This document shows, piece after piece, positions 10,380 to 17,822 of a stretch of DNA of 64,000 bases (the stretch's first letter is position 1; each line of letters opens with the position of its first letter). The notes beneath the pieces were generated by a model. That model searched no databases, had not been told where the DNA came from, and was given only the letters and a program-made list of their open reading frames with translations. The stretch spans positions 174,437 through 238,436 of the IMG/VR virus record IMGVR_UViG_3300037264_008423; one strand, given 5' to 3'. The position numbers were made by a program, and so were the translations under genes.

Positions 10380-10596
10380 GCCAATAAGCTGGGCGGTTGA
10401 TCGAGACTTCCGTCTGGCCGAACGCGGTTACGATCAGCCGGGGGAACCGGTAAAACCTACGGCTGTTGGGAGCGAGGCTTGCCGAGCAGCAGGCCGCTTT
10501 GGCAGTATTTCACGGCACCCAACGTGGGACGGCGGCAGGCCGGTCGTGCGGTCTGTAAACGCGACTCCGCCCGTCAGCGTAAAACAGGTGCCGTGT
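10380..10596 (+). ncRNA. Unidentified structured RNA
   Basis: Stems GGTTGATCG/CGATCAGCC, CACGGCACC/GGTGCCGTG, GGTCGTG/CGCGACT; no credible ORF. Confidence 0.45.
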
Positions 10597-10598
10597 TT

Positions 10599-10674
10599 AC
10601 GGCAGTAGCTCAATTAGCAGAGCGGCGGTCTCCAAAACCGTTGGTTGGGGGTGCGAGTCCTCCCTGCCGTGCCA
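10599..10674 (+). tRNA. tRNA-Trp(CCA)
   Basis: Acceptor ACGGCAG/CTGCCGT, loop CTCCAAA, GCCA end. Confidence 0.9.
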
Positions 10675-10677
10675 TTT

Positions 10678-10917
10678 TTAGCGCGCGGGTTTTACTTTGC
10701 GCCGGGCGCGCGCCTTGCTTTTAGCAATGGGCGCTTGTTGGACATAACTCGGACACTTCGGGTTTTCGCAGTGACCGCCTTTTTTCACCAACCAGCCGCA
10801 AGCGCATTGGCTGAAGCAGTCACATTTTAAGAATCCCTGGGTGCCGCACGTGGGACAGACCACCGTGGCATCGATCAGGCGCTCAATGGCGCTCAAAGGT
10901 TTAGTTTGCATCGGCAT
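10678..10917 (-). CDS. Small Cys-rich putative Zn-binding protein
   Basis: CPTC, CDC, CAC, CENPKC motifs in 79 aa. Confidence 0.6.
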   Translation of the reverse strand: MPMQTKPLSAIERLIDATVVCPTCGTQGFLKCDCFSQCACGWLVKKGGHCENPKCPSYVQQAPIAKSKARARRKVKPAR

Positions 10918-10942
10918 ACACTAAGTCATAGAATCAATTTTA

Positions 10943-11027
10943 CCCACAGTCCAGAAAGAGTGGAGGAAGGTCCCTACGCGCCACAGCGGAAGTAACGGGG
11001 CCAGGACCACAGTGGTTTGGACTGGGG
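10943..11027 (+). ncRNA. Unidentified pseudoknotted small RNA
   Basis: Closing stem CAGTCCA/TGGACTG; interleaved GTGG/CCAC and GGTCC/GGACC pairings. Confidence 0.4.
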
Positions 11028-11032
11028 TGAAC

Positions 11033-11120
11033 GGGCGTGTGACCGGAGCAGCAATCGGCACGGGCTGTAAACCCGTCGGCCTAAAAACCTACGCAGGTGC
11101 GAGTCCTGCCACGCCCCCCA
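11033..11120 (+). tRNA. tRNA-Tyr(GTA)
   Basis: Acceptor GGGCGTG/CACGCCC, loop CTGTAAA, long variable arm. Confidence 0.9.
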
Positions 11121-11126
11121 TTTTAA

Positions 11127-11214
11127 GCGCCGTAGCTCAGAGGCAGAGCAAACCCAAAGCCTGTAACCAGGTGAGCGGTGGGGATGAGAGGTTCGAGTCC
11201 AATCCGGCGCACCA
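11127..11214 (+). ncRNA. tRNA-like RNA with expanded anticodon arm
   Basis: GCGCCG/CGGCGC acceptor, D arm, TTCGAGT loop, ACCA end; anticodon arm replaced by about 30 nt containing CCTG-TAAC-CAGG hairpin. Confidence 0.55.
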
Positions 11215-11243
11215 TTCTTCCGTCTGGCGGTGTAATTAAAGGC

Positions 11244-11666
11244 ATGAACAGCAAGATTATCGGGGATATTTCCGAAGCATCCGTAATTGCGGCTCTTTTA
11301 AAATCGGGTTTGAACGTGTTAATGCCTTTCGGTGACAGGAACAGGTATGATATCGTGATTGAACATGACGGAAAATTTGAACGTGTGCAGATAAAAACAG
11401 GTAGGCAGCGCGGGAGAGTTATAGTCTATAATACACAGAGTTCAACTCGCGTTAACGGCAAACGGTGTGAATTAGGCTACCAAGGCCAAGTTGAAACTTT
11501 TGCGGTTTATCACCGTGAGCTGGATCGGGTCTATATGGTTCCTGTCGGTAAAGCAGCTACCGGTAAAGGGAGTTTGCGCTTGGGGCCTAAAGGCGGTTCT
11601 GGTGTAGGACCAAGATGCCTTTACGCTGATGACTATATTTTAAGGAGCGTTAGCTCAGTCCAGTAG
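11244..11666 (+). CDS. PD-(D/E)XK endonuclease, putative free-standing homing endonuclease
   Basis: GDISEASV...RYDIVIEHDG...RVQIKTG; stop lies in the D loop of tRNA-Asp. Confidence 0.88.
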   Translation: MNSKIIGDISEASVIAALLKSGLNVLMPFGDRNRYDIVIEHDGKFERVQIKTGRQRGRVIVYNTQSSTRVNGKRCELGYQGQVETFAVYHRELDRVYMVPVGKAATGKGSLRLGPKGGSGVGPRCLYADDYILRSVSSVQ

Positions 11667-11720
11667 AGCAATCGACTGTCTATCGAAAGGTCAGGGGAGC
11701 AAAGCCCCTACGCTCCGCCA
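11644..11720 (+). tRNA. tRNA-Asp(GTC)
   Basis: Acceptor GGAGCGT/ACGCTCC, loop CTGTCTA, GCCA end. Confidence 0.85.
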
Positions 11721-11723
11721 TTT

Positions 11724-11833
11724 TTGCTTCCACAGCGCCGCCCCTGAAAGCGGCGACTGTTACGATCCAGACAGGACAGATCGAGCCGGTTAAATAGAGT
11801 CCTTCTTTAATTGGCGGACAGCATGGAAGCAAT
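11724..11833 (+). ncRNA. Unidentified multibranch structured RNA
   Basis: Terminal stem TTGCTTCCA/TGGAAGCAA enclosing three hairpins. Confidence 0.45.
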
Positions 11834-11848
11834 TTGTTCTTACGCGGT

Positions 11849-12463
11849 ATGACGAAACAGGAACAGCTACAGGCCCTTTCTTACCGCGTGATCCGCTGCC
11901 GCCAGTGTCCGCACCTGGTCCTATCCAGGACGCAGACCGTGTTTGGCACCGGTAATCCCGACGCGGAGTTCATGTTCGTAGGAGAGGCACCCGGCAAAGA
12001 TGAAGACCGGATCGGCGAGCCGTTTGTTGGCCGCGCCGGGAAATTTTTAACCAGCTTGATCCGCCTGATGGGATTTACCCGCGATCAGGTTTACATCGCC
12101 AACGTGCTCAAGTGCCGCCCGGACGCGGAATCAGGCAATCGCAAGCCGGAAGCGGAGGAGATGGAAAACTGCCTGCCGTTTTTAAAGGAGCAGATCCAGA
12201 TCATCCAGCCCAAAGTTTTAATCGCCCTGGGCGCGACCGCCCTGGAGGGCTTGAAGGGCAAAATCGCGCCCATCAGCCAAGTGCGCGGCCACATCTATGA
12301 CTTTCACGGCACGCCCCTGGTGCCCACGTTTCACCCGGCCTACGTGCTGCGCAATTCGGCCACGGAAGTCCGCAGCCTGGTCTGGCGGGATTGCTGCCGC
12401 GCAATGGACTTGGCCGGTTATGACACCCTGGACCGGCGCGAATGGGTGCCGGACATGGCTTAG
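11849..12463 (+). CDS. udg: Family-4 uracil-DNA glycosylase (4Fe-4S)
   Basis: CRQC, VFGTG, GEAPG, PFVG, NVLKCRP, FHPAY motifs. Confidence 0.95.
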   Translation: MTKQEQLQALSYRVIRCRQCPHLVLSRTQTVFGTGNPDAEFMFVGEAPGKDEDRIGEPFVGRAGKFLTSLIRLMGFTRDQVYIANVLKCRPDAESGNRKPEAEEMENCLPFLKEQIQIIQPKVLIALGATALEGLKGKIAPISQVRGHIYDFHGTPLVPTFHPAYVLRNSATEVRSLVWRDCCRAMDLAGYDTLDRREWVPDMA

Positions 12464-13792
12464 GATTGAGCGATGAAATTAAGGCTGGCGTAAATGGTTT
12501 CCCCAGCGCCAGTGAGCCTTTGCGCGCAGAGCCATAGCTCGTCGCGCCTGCCGCCGATGGACATGCCCAGCCCAAAAAAGCCCGTCATTCCAATGTTGGC
12601 CAGGCTGGTGCTGGCAATCGCGTAAGCGGCCATAACCTCCGTGCCGCTGACACACGTGTTCGTGTTGGTCGTCGCGGCGGCATACTCCACGGCGCTGTTC
12701 GGGATGGGCACCCAGGAAATCGCGCCTGCGCCGTTGATGGTTGGGTTGACCACCAGGGAGCACCGCAGCGCGGCGTTGCTGGTGCAGGCGGCGGATAAGC
12801 CCGTGGGGCTGACCGTGGCGTGGGTGCCGCTCGTCGTGAGGCGGAGGCCCAGGACCGCGTATAAATTCGCGTCGTTGCCGGTGGCAAAAGGATTAGTTCC
12901 CCGGCTCACCGCGCGCGGGTAGCCCGTATTGATAATGCCGCCCTCGCTAATGACCGTGGAGCAGATGCAGCTCAGCGTGGCCGCCGCCCCCGCGCCGCTG
13001 CTGGCGAGTTCGTAGCGCAGCGGCAAATTCGGTGAGGAGGTATAAACGTCGGTGGACTGGTTGGAGTGGTGCGCGTCATGGACCCGGACCATGTGATGGC
13101 CAAGGATAAACCCGAAATGGACCGTGCCCACCCCTAGCCACTCAAAGTCGATAAACATGATTTGCGCTTTGGACAGATCCAGCGTAATCCCGGAGGGTCC
13201 GGTCCCGTCCAGCCGGTCCATGTTCCAATCCGCCTGAGCAAACGTTTCCGCCGCCAAGCCGTTTTTCCGCAGCACAAAGGCTGGTCCGCTGGCCGTCTGC
13301 TCCAATAAAAATCCGTTGAAATCGTCGAAGTAGCCGACACGCCGGGTAATGCCGGTGGAGGCGGCTCCCATCACGAAGGTCATCATGACCAACTGCGATT
13401 TTCCGGGTTGATAATTGAATCGGCGATAGGTCTGCCGGACGCGCGTGCCAGCAGTGCTGGCCGAGACCCCCAGCAGGACTTTGGCATTGGTCCGATCATG
13501 GGTGCTGGAGGTTCCCGTGCCGCTGGTCGGCTGGTCGTCCCACAGGTGGGGCGCGGCGTCCATGAGCAGCTTGCTGTCCCATATGGTTTCGGGCTGGCTT
13601 ACCCCGCAAGCGTTGAAAGGCGTCGCGGCTCTCCGGCTCCTCGGTGACCGCTGTAAGCACCTGGGCTAAGGTGGCCTGCGTGGCCAGATTGCCCGTGGGT
13701 CCGCCCACGACCGACGTGCCCGTGGTGATAACCTGGGCGACAATGGTTCTGCCGTCCGCTCCGAGCGGATTTGGGACATATGTGATCTCCAT
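12460..13792 (-). pseudogene. Probable virion structural protein split by a 1-nt frameshift (ORFs 13496-13792 and 12460-13563)
   Basis: DAFQRLR in one frame continues as VSQPETIWDSKLLMD in the next across a G4 run at 13602-13605. Confidence 0.7.
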
Positions 13793-13812
13793 AATACGTT
13801 TTAACTACTTTT

Positions 13813-13889
13813 CAGGGTGTAGCTCAGCCTGGCGGAGCGCCTGGCCTGGGACCAGGAGGCCGTGGGATCGAAGCCCACCACCCTGACCA
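13813..13889 (+). tRNA. tRNA-Pro(TGG), C33
   Basis: CCTGG-CCTGGGA-CCAGG arm, CAGGGTG/CACCCTG acceptor. Confidence 0.85.
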
Positions 13890-13893
13890 TTTT

Positions 13894-13970
13894 CGGGCTG
13901 TAGCGTAGCCAAGTAACGCGCTTGCATGGGGTGCAAGAGATCGCCGGTGCGAATCCGGCCAGCCCGACCA
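13894..13970 (+). tRNA. tRNA-Pro(GGG)
   Basis: CTTGC-ATGGGGT-GCAAG arm, ACCA end. Confidence 0.9.
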
Positions 13971-13976
13971 TTTTAA

Positions 13977-14051
13977 CAGCGCGTAGCCTAAAAGCCAGGC
14001 GCTTGCTTCGGGAGCAAGATCAAGCAGGAGCGTTACCTGTCGCGCTGACCA
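13977..14051 (+). tRNA. tRNA-Pro(CGG)
   Basis: CTTGC-TTCGGGA-GCAAG arm, ACCA end. Confidence 0.85.
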
Positions 14052-14192
14052 TCTTAAACACTGGGTGGGCACAACCCCATGTGCCGCACGCATCAAGGGC
14101 GACAGAGCTAGTAGGAGGCTAATGCTGACCGTAATAGCCTGCCGTTGGCGGTGCGCTGCCCAAGAGGGTTATTGGCCCCAGGATCACTTTAT

Positions 14193-14268
14193 TGGCATGT
14201 AGCTCAACTGGTAGAGCACTCGGCTGTTAACCGAGACGTTGTTGGATCGTCCCCAACCATGCCAGCCA
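14193..14268 (+). tRNA. tRNA-Asn(GTT)
   Basis: CTCGG-CTGTTAA-CCGAG arm, GCCA end. Confidence 0.9.
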
Positions 14269-14274
14269 TTTTAG

Positions 14275-14350
14275 GCCCCCGTAGCTCAAAATACAGAGTG
14301 CGAGACTTCTAATCTCGGCGGTGCTGGTGAGAATCCAGCCGGGGGTGCCA
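14275..14350 (+). tRNA. tRNA-Arg(TCT)
   Basis: CGAGA-CTTCTAA-TCTCG arm, GCCA end. Confidence 0.9.
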
Positions 14351-14369
14351 ATTTCAGAAAATGCGGCTT

Positions 14370-14440
14370 TGGCTTGTTGACTCCGGTGTGTCCGACCGTC
14401 GCTAAAGCGGCAGAAGCGGGTTCGATTCCCGCCAAGTCCA
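14370..14440 (+). pseudogene. Degenerate tRNA-like element, possible CTA anticodon
   Basis: Perfect T arm GCGGG-TTCGATT-CCCGC, partial acceptor, loop CGCTAAA; poor D arm, no CCA. Confidence 0.35.
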
Positions 14441-14557
14441 TCGCTTGCGGCACAAAGTGCGCAGTGCTGCCGTTTTCTGATTTAAGGCCGTGTCCGGCAA
14501 TTCGTGAGCCGGGCTAATCACTCGCGCTATCTTGGGCGGGGCGGCGCTTACTTTATA

Positions 14558-14632
14558 GCTCGCGTGGCGCAATCACAGCGCGGGGACCTCCTAAGTCCCA
14601 GGTTGCGGGTGAGATTCCTGCCGCGAGCGCCA
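14558..14632 (+). tRNA. tRNA-Arg(CCT)
   Basis: GGGAC-CTCCTAA-GTCCC arm, GCCA end. Confidence 0.9.
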
Positions 14633-14634
14633 GC

Positions 14635-15114
14635 TTAACGCCTGGGTGTAAACGGGTGACCGCAGGCTTGGAACATTTCCTGGTTGAGGCGGCGGATGGG
14701 GCAGTCGTCTGTGCCGCACTGGGGCAGGATAAATCCGACGAAACCATTGTCATCGACCCGATCCACCAAAGTCAGGGCCAGCGTGGACGATCCATCTCTG
14801 TGCTGATAACGGTGCCAGTGCGAAATTTTTTTATCCGTCTGAATGAACACCCGCCAGACTTCCATCGCCGAGGCGCGGTCCTCTGGATGAATAACAATGG
14901 GCCATTTTCCGTCTTGTAGTTCATCGAGCGTTCTGCCGGTCAGCTCCCGGTAGGCTGGATTGATATAGACAATCGAAATCCCGTCCGAGCCAGTGATGAA
15001 CGCAGGCAGCGGACAGCGTTCTGCTACGGCCATGTAGCGGTGCATTTTTTCGCGATCCGCCTGAAACTTGTTGAGCAGGTGGAAGGCTATGCTGTTGTTA
15101 TACGTTACTTCCAT
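14635..15114 (-). CDS. Stand-alone PAS-domain protein
   Basis: PAFITGSDG.IVYINPAYRELTG.TLDEL.G..W..VIHPEDR...HRYQHRDGS PAS pattern. Confidence 0.85.
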   Translation of the reverse strand: MEVTYNNSIAFHLLNKFQADREKMHRYMAVAERCPLPAFITGSDGISIVYINPAYRELTGRTLDELQDGKWPIVIHPEDRASAMEVWRVFIQTDKKISHWHRYQHRDGSSTLALTLVDRVDDNGFVGFILPQCGTDDCPIRRLNQEMFQACGHPFTPRR

Positions 15115-15162
15115 TAATCTAGTTACTTTGACTTTAGCGGAAGACTGCCGGAACGCAAATTT

Positions 15163-15249
15163 GGCTCCGTAGCATTAAAGCAATGCCCCTGTCCTGAAAA
15201 CAGAGTGCGGGTAACACCGGTAGGGGTGCGAGTCCCCTCGGAGCCGTCA
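15163..15249 (+). tRNA. tRNA-Ser(TGA), C33
   Basis: GGCTCCG/CGGAGCC, loop CCTGAAA, long variable arm, G73; ends TCA. Confidence 0.75.
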
Positions 15250-15300
15250 TCTTGTTCTATTCCAGTTATGACAGCAAGGCATGATCGAACAAGTGGGGAA

Positions 15301-15388
15301 GGATGGTTGGCCGAGCAGCAAGGCTCCCGGTTGGAAGCCGGAGGACTGGGTAACACCAGCGCGGGTGCGATCCCTGCACCATCCGCCA
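15301..15388 (+). tRNA. tRNA-Ser(GGA)
   Basis: GGATGGT/ACCATCC, loop TTGGAAG, long variable arm. Confidence 0.88.
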
Positions 15389-15599
15389 AAAAGATAGGGC
15401 CTCCCCGGCCTGGAACTAAATTTGTTTACCAAGGTATCGACTACCGTTTCCGGTCTTTCAGCGTTGAGTATCAGGTCTTAAAATTGGACCCGGACGAGCG
15501 CCTGATCCACCTAAGCCGCCGTAAGCGCATTACCTACGAGGCATGGCAGACCTTGATGACGCATTATAGGGCTGCGATTACTTTTGTTAGTTGAATTTT

Positions 15600-15673
15600 G
15601 ACGGGCCGATTGGCTGTGGGTTATCTTCACTTGAAATGAAGCGATACGTGTTCAACTCACGTCCGTGGCTCCA
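15600..15673 (+). pseudogene. Degenerate tRNA-like element (TGA loop, short variable region)
   Basis: CTTCA-CTTGAAA-TGAAG and ACGTG-TTCAACT-CACGT arms, CCA; acceptor poorly paired. Confidence 0.4.
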
Positions 15674-15732
15674 TGTGCCACGGCCTCGGAGGTAGCAAAA
15701 ATTCCACGCCGCCCCTTGTCCGTCAATTAAAT

Positions 15733-15859
15733 CGCAGGGAAGTAAAACGGCAAAAACCCGTGACCATCCCTTGTCCGGTAACGGGCCGACCGGAAACGGT
15801 TATCATACATCAACCTAAAGAGTTGAAATTAGGAGGTTCGACTCCTCCCCCTGCGACCA
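15733..15859 (+). ncRNA. tRNA-like RNA with large D-arm insertion bearing a Ro-type bulged helix
   Basis: CGCAGGG/CCCTGCG+ACCA, GGAGG-TTCGACT-CCTCC T arm, TCAAC-CTAAAGA-GTTGA arm; insert TTGTCCG-GTAA-CGGGC-C-GA. Confidence 0.65.
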
Positions 15860-15863
15860 TTTT

Positions 15864-15951
15864 GGAAGGTGACCGGATACACGAGGACCCTGGCCCGAAC
15901 CCAGGCGCGGTGAAATACCCGTCGTGAGTGGAAATCTCACACCTTCCGCCA
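15864..15951 (+). tRNA. tRNA-Ser(CGA), C33
   Basis: GGAAGGT/ACCTTCC, CCTGG-CCCGAAC-CCAGG, long variable arm. Confidence 0.85.
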
Positions 15952-15958
15952 TTTTAAC

Positions 15959-16032
15959 GGCCCGTTAGCTCAAAAATAGAGCACCCGGCTGATAACCGGG
16001 AGACGCCGGAGTGTTACCGGCATGGGCTACCA
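15959..16032 (+). tRNA. tRNA-Ile(GAT)
   Basis: CCCGG-CTGATAA-CCGGG arm, ACCA end. Confidence 0.88.
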
Positions 16033-16347
16033 TTTCATTCGGGGCCGATGAAAAGTGGGAAGTATGGACGTGGCAAAGATACCAGACCTGGGCGACCGGG
16101 CTGTTTTTCACGGCGCGCACGAGCATCTGATAGTGCTTCAGCACCCGATTTGGCTCACTTTCCGGCTGTATGCTGGTTGACTGCATACAGCCTAATATAT
16201 CAAATAAGAATTACCAATGCTATAGGGTCTTTACCCCATATTTTGGCTTAATTTGTGTTGATATTGACTTGGAACTATAAGTAAACATTTAAGCCTGGAT
16301 AGCTCAGAAGTAGAGCGCAGTCAGATTAACTGTTGTTTTAGTTCTAT

Positions 16348-16422
16348 AGCGCATTAGACTAACAGCAAGGTCGCCGGTCTTTCTAACCGGAAGCGCGGGG
16401 GCAGCACCCGCATGCGCTGCCA
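16348..16422 (+). tRNA. tRNA-Glu(TTC)
   Basis: AGCGCAT/ATGCGCT, CCGGT-CTTTCTA-ACCGG. Confidence 0.85.
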
Positions 16423-16425
16423 TTT

Positions 16426-16501
16426 GCCCCCGTAGCTCAGTCTATAGAGCGTCCGCCTCCGAAGCGGAAGGCCGCTGGTGAGATTCCAGCCGGGGGTACC
16501 A
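16426..16501 (+). tRNA. tRNA-Arg(CCG)
   Basis: TCCGC-CTCCGAA-GCGGA arm, ACCA end. Confidence 0.9.
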
Positions 16502-16573
16502 ATTTGAAACCCGCTAGGCGCGCTGTTTGGCGACCAGGGCCTTGGCTTTGTGATAGGCGGCCTGGCGGCACAG

Positions 16574-16774
16574 TCACTTAAGCTGAGGCATATGCTTGGT
16601 GTGCCCGGAAAAAGAGGCGTAGCAACTGGCTGCGGCGAGATTGGCGACCATGCTGGGAAAGAGGCTCCAGTTGAAAGCCTGACCCCGCATGCGGGGGTCC
16701 TGCAAATCCTGATACATGTGCTCGGCCCAGTGGATGCCCACTTCCTTAGCTTTGTCACGGTTGGTTCTTGCCAT
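16574..16774 (-). CDS. Small hypothetical protein
   Basis: MARTNRDKAKEVGIHWAEH...; fills the gap between tRNAs. Confidence 0.5.
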   Translation of the reverse strand: MARTNRDKAKEVGIHWAEHMYQDLQDPRMRGQAFNWSLFPSMVANLAAASCYASFSGHTKHMPQLK

Positions 16775-16793
16775 AAACTGTAGAACATTTTTC

Positions 16794-16869
16794 GCTCCCA
16801 AGGTGTAAGAATCTGCACGCTTCCCTGCGAAGGAAGAGGCTCGTGGTGTGAATCCACGTGGGAGCGCCA
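16794..16869 (+). tRNA. tRNA-Arg(GCG)
   Basis: GCTCCCA/TGGGAGC, CTTCC-CTGCGAA-GGAAG. Confidence 0.85.
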
Positions 16870-16875
16870 TTTTAC

Positions 16876-17004
16876 GGGGACGTAGCTTAATCTGGTAGAG
16901 CGCCAGGGTGAAAACCTGGAGGTGCGGGTTCAAATCCCGTTGTAATTACCCTCCTACAATCCTTGCCTGAAAGGGCCGAACTATGAGGATTATCGTCCCC
17001 GCCA
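16876..17004 (+). tRNA. tRNA-Phe(GAA) interrupted by a 53-nt structured insert between T arm and 3' acceptor strand
   Basis: 5' GGGGACG pairs with CGTCCCC-GCCA at 16994-17004; insert 16941-16993. Confidence 0.75.
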
Positions 17005-17015
17005 TTTAAAAAGCG

Positions 17016-17040
17016 CAGCCCCGAATCCGGTTCGGGGCTG
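17016..17040. terminator. GC-rich hairpin between convergent units
   Basis: CAGCCCCGAA-TCCGG-TTCGGGGCTG. Confidence 0.55.
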
Positions 17041-17108
17041 GCCTGGCTAACTATGATGACTGAATCGAACGACTATCGGCAACCGCGCAACTCACACGGT
17101 CCGCACCA

Positions 17109-17822
17109 TTAACTACCGGGCTTGAGGGCCACGACAAAGTGAACCTCGTTACGGAGCCTCGTTTCGCAGCCGAGCGCCGCCAGCAGATCCATGATGGGGC
17201 GCGTTTTTTCAGGCGGGACCACGGGATCGTAGCAGTTGAGCGTGGCATGGCGCAGGACAGTAAAACCCGCTTGGGTTAAAATGGCGCGCAGGTCATTGAT
17301 GGAAAGCTCGCGCACATGCATCTCGTAGGAAAAGGGACTGCCCCCGGCCATGACCCGCCAGAGCGTGTTGAGCGAGCTTAAGTTAGGCGTGGTCAGAAAC
17401 ATTTTTCCGCCCGGTTTGAGGCAGGCGTAGCAGGTGTTTACAAAATTTTTCAGGCCATCGCCCACGTAGGAGTCGCGGTGAAGCACGTCCTGGACCTCCA
17501 GGTCCTTGATATGCTCGATGACCTCCATGTTCAGCAGCAGGTCATAGTGGTTGGTCTTGTCGGTGAAGACGGTGCGCAGGTCCGTGCTGGTGTTTTCAAC
17601 CGGCAGGTCCGGGAAGAGCAACCGCAGTCCGTCCGTGAAGGCTCCGGGAGAGCCGACCTCCAAAACAGAGCTGGCCTCCGCTAACTCCTGCTCGATAAAA
17701 AGCATCGAGTTGACGTAACGCTGGCAGTGGGGAATGACCCAGGGGTTTCGGCTGTGAGGACTGTCGTGCGGCACGAACTCCAAAAAATATTTCTCAACTC
17801 TGGCTTTAAAGATTTCACCCAT
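17109..17822 (-). CDS. Class I SAM-dependent methyltransferase
   Basis: VLEVGSPG, YDLLLNMEVIEH, LKPGGKMFLTTPN; start placed at MGEIF to avoid the tRNA. Confidence 0.88.
   Translation of the reverse strand: MGEIFKARVEKYFLEFVPHDSPHSRNPWVIPHCQRYVNSMLFIEQELAEASSVLEVGSPGAFTDGLRLLFPDLPVENTSTDLRTVFTDKTNHYDLLLNMEVIEHIKDLEVQDVLHRDSYVGDGLKNFVNTCYACLKPGGKMFLTTPNLSSLNTLWRVMAGGSPFSYEMHVRELSINDLRAILTQAGFTVLRHATLNCYDPVVPPEKTRPIMDLLAALGCETRLRNEVHFVVALKPGS

Noticed and set aside
10415-10486. Another Ro-binding helix (GGCCGAACG with TTGCC)
   Set aside because: Conflicts with a stronger 9-bp enclosing hairpin; a short motif can occur by chance
10943-11027. RNase P RNA
   Set aside because: Only the 5' P4-like motif is present; 85 nt; no 3' P4 strand
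11724-11833. Pistol ribozyme
   Set aside because: TTAAATAG present, but linker spacing and downstream consensus do not fit
15205-15594. 129-aa ORF
   Set aside because: 5' half overlaps two tRNA-Ser genes; only a start-less 3' remnant might be coding
16292-16335. tRNA
   Set aside because: Only acceptor 5' strand and D arm; no T arm or 3' strand
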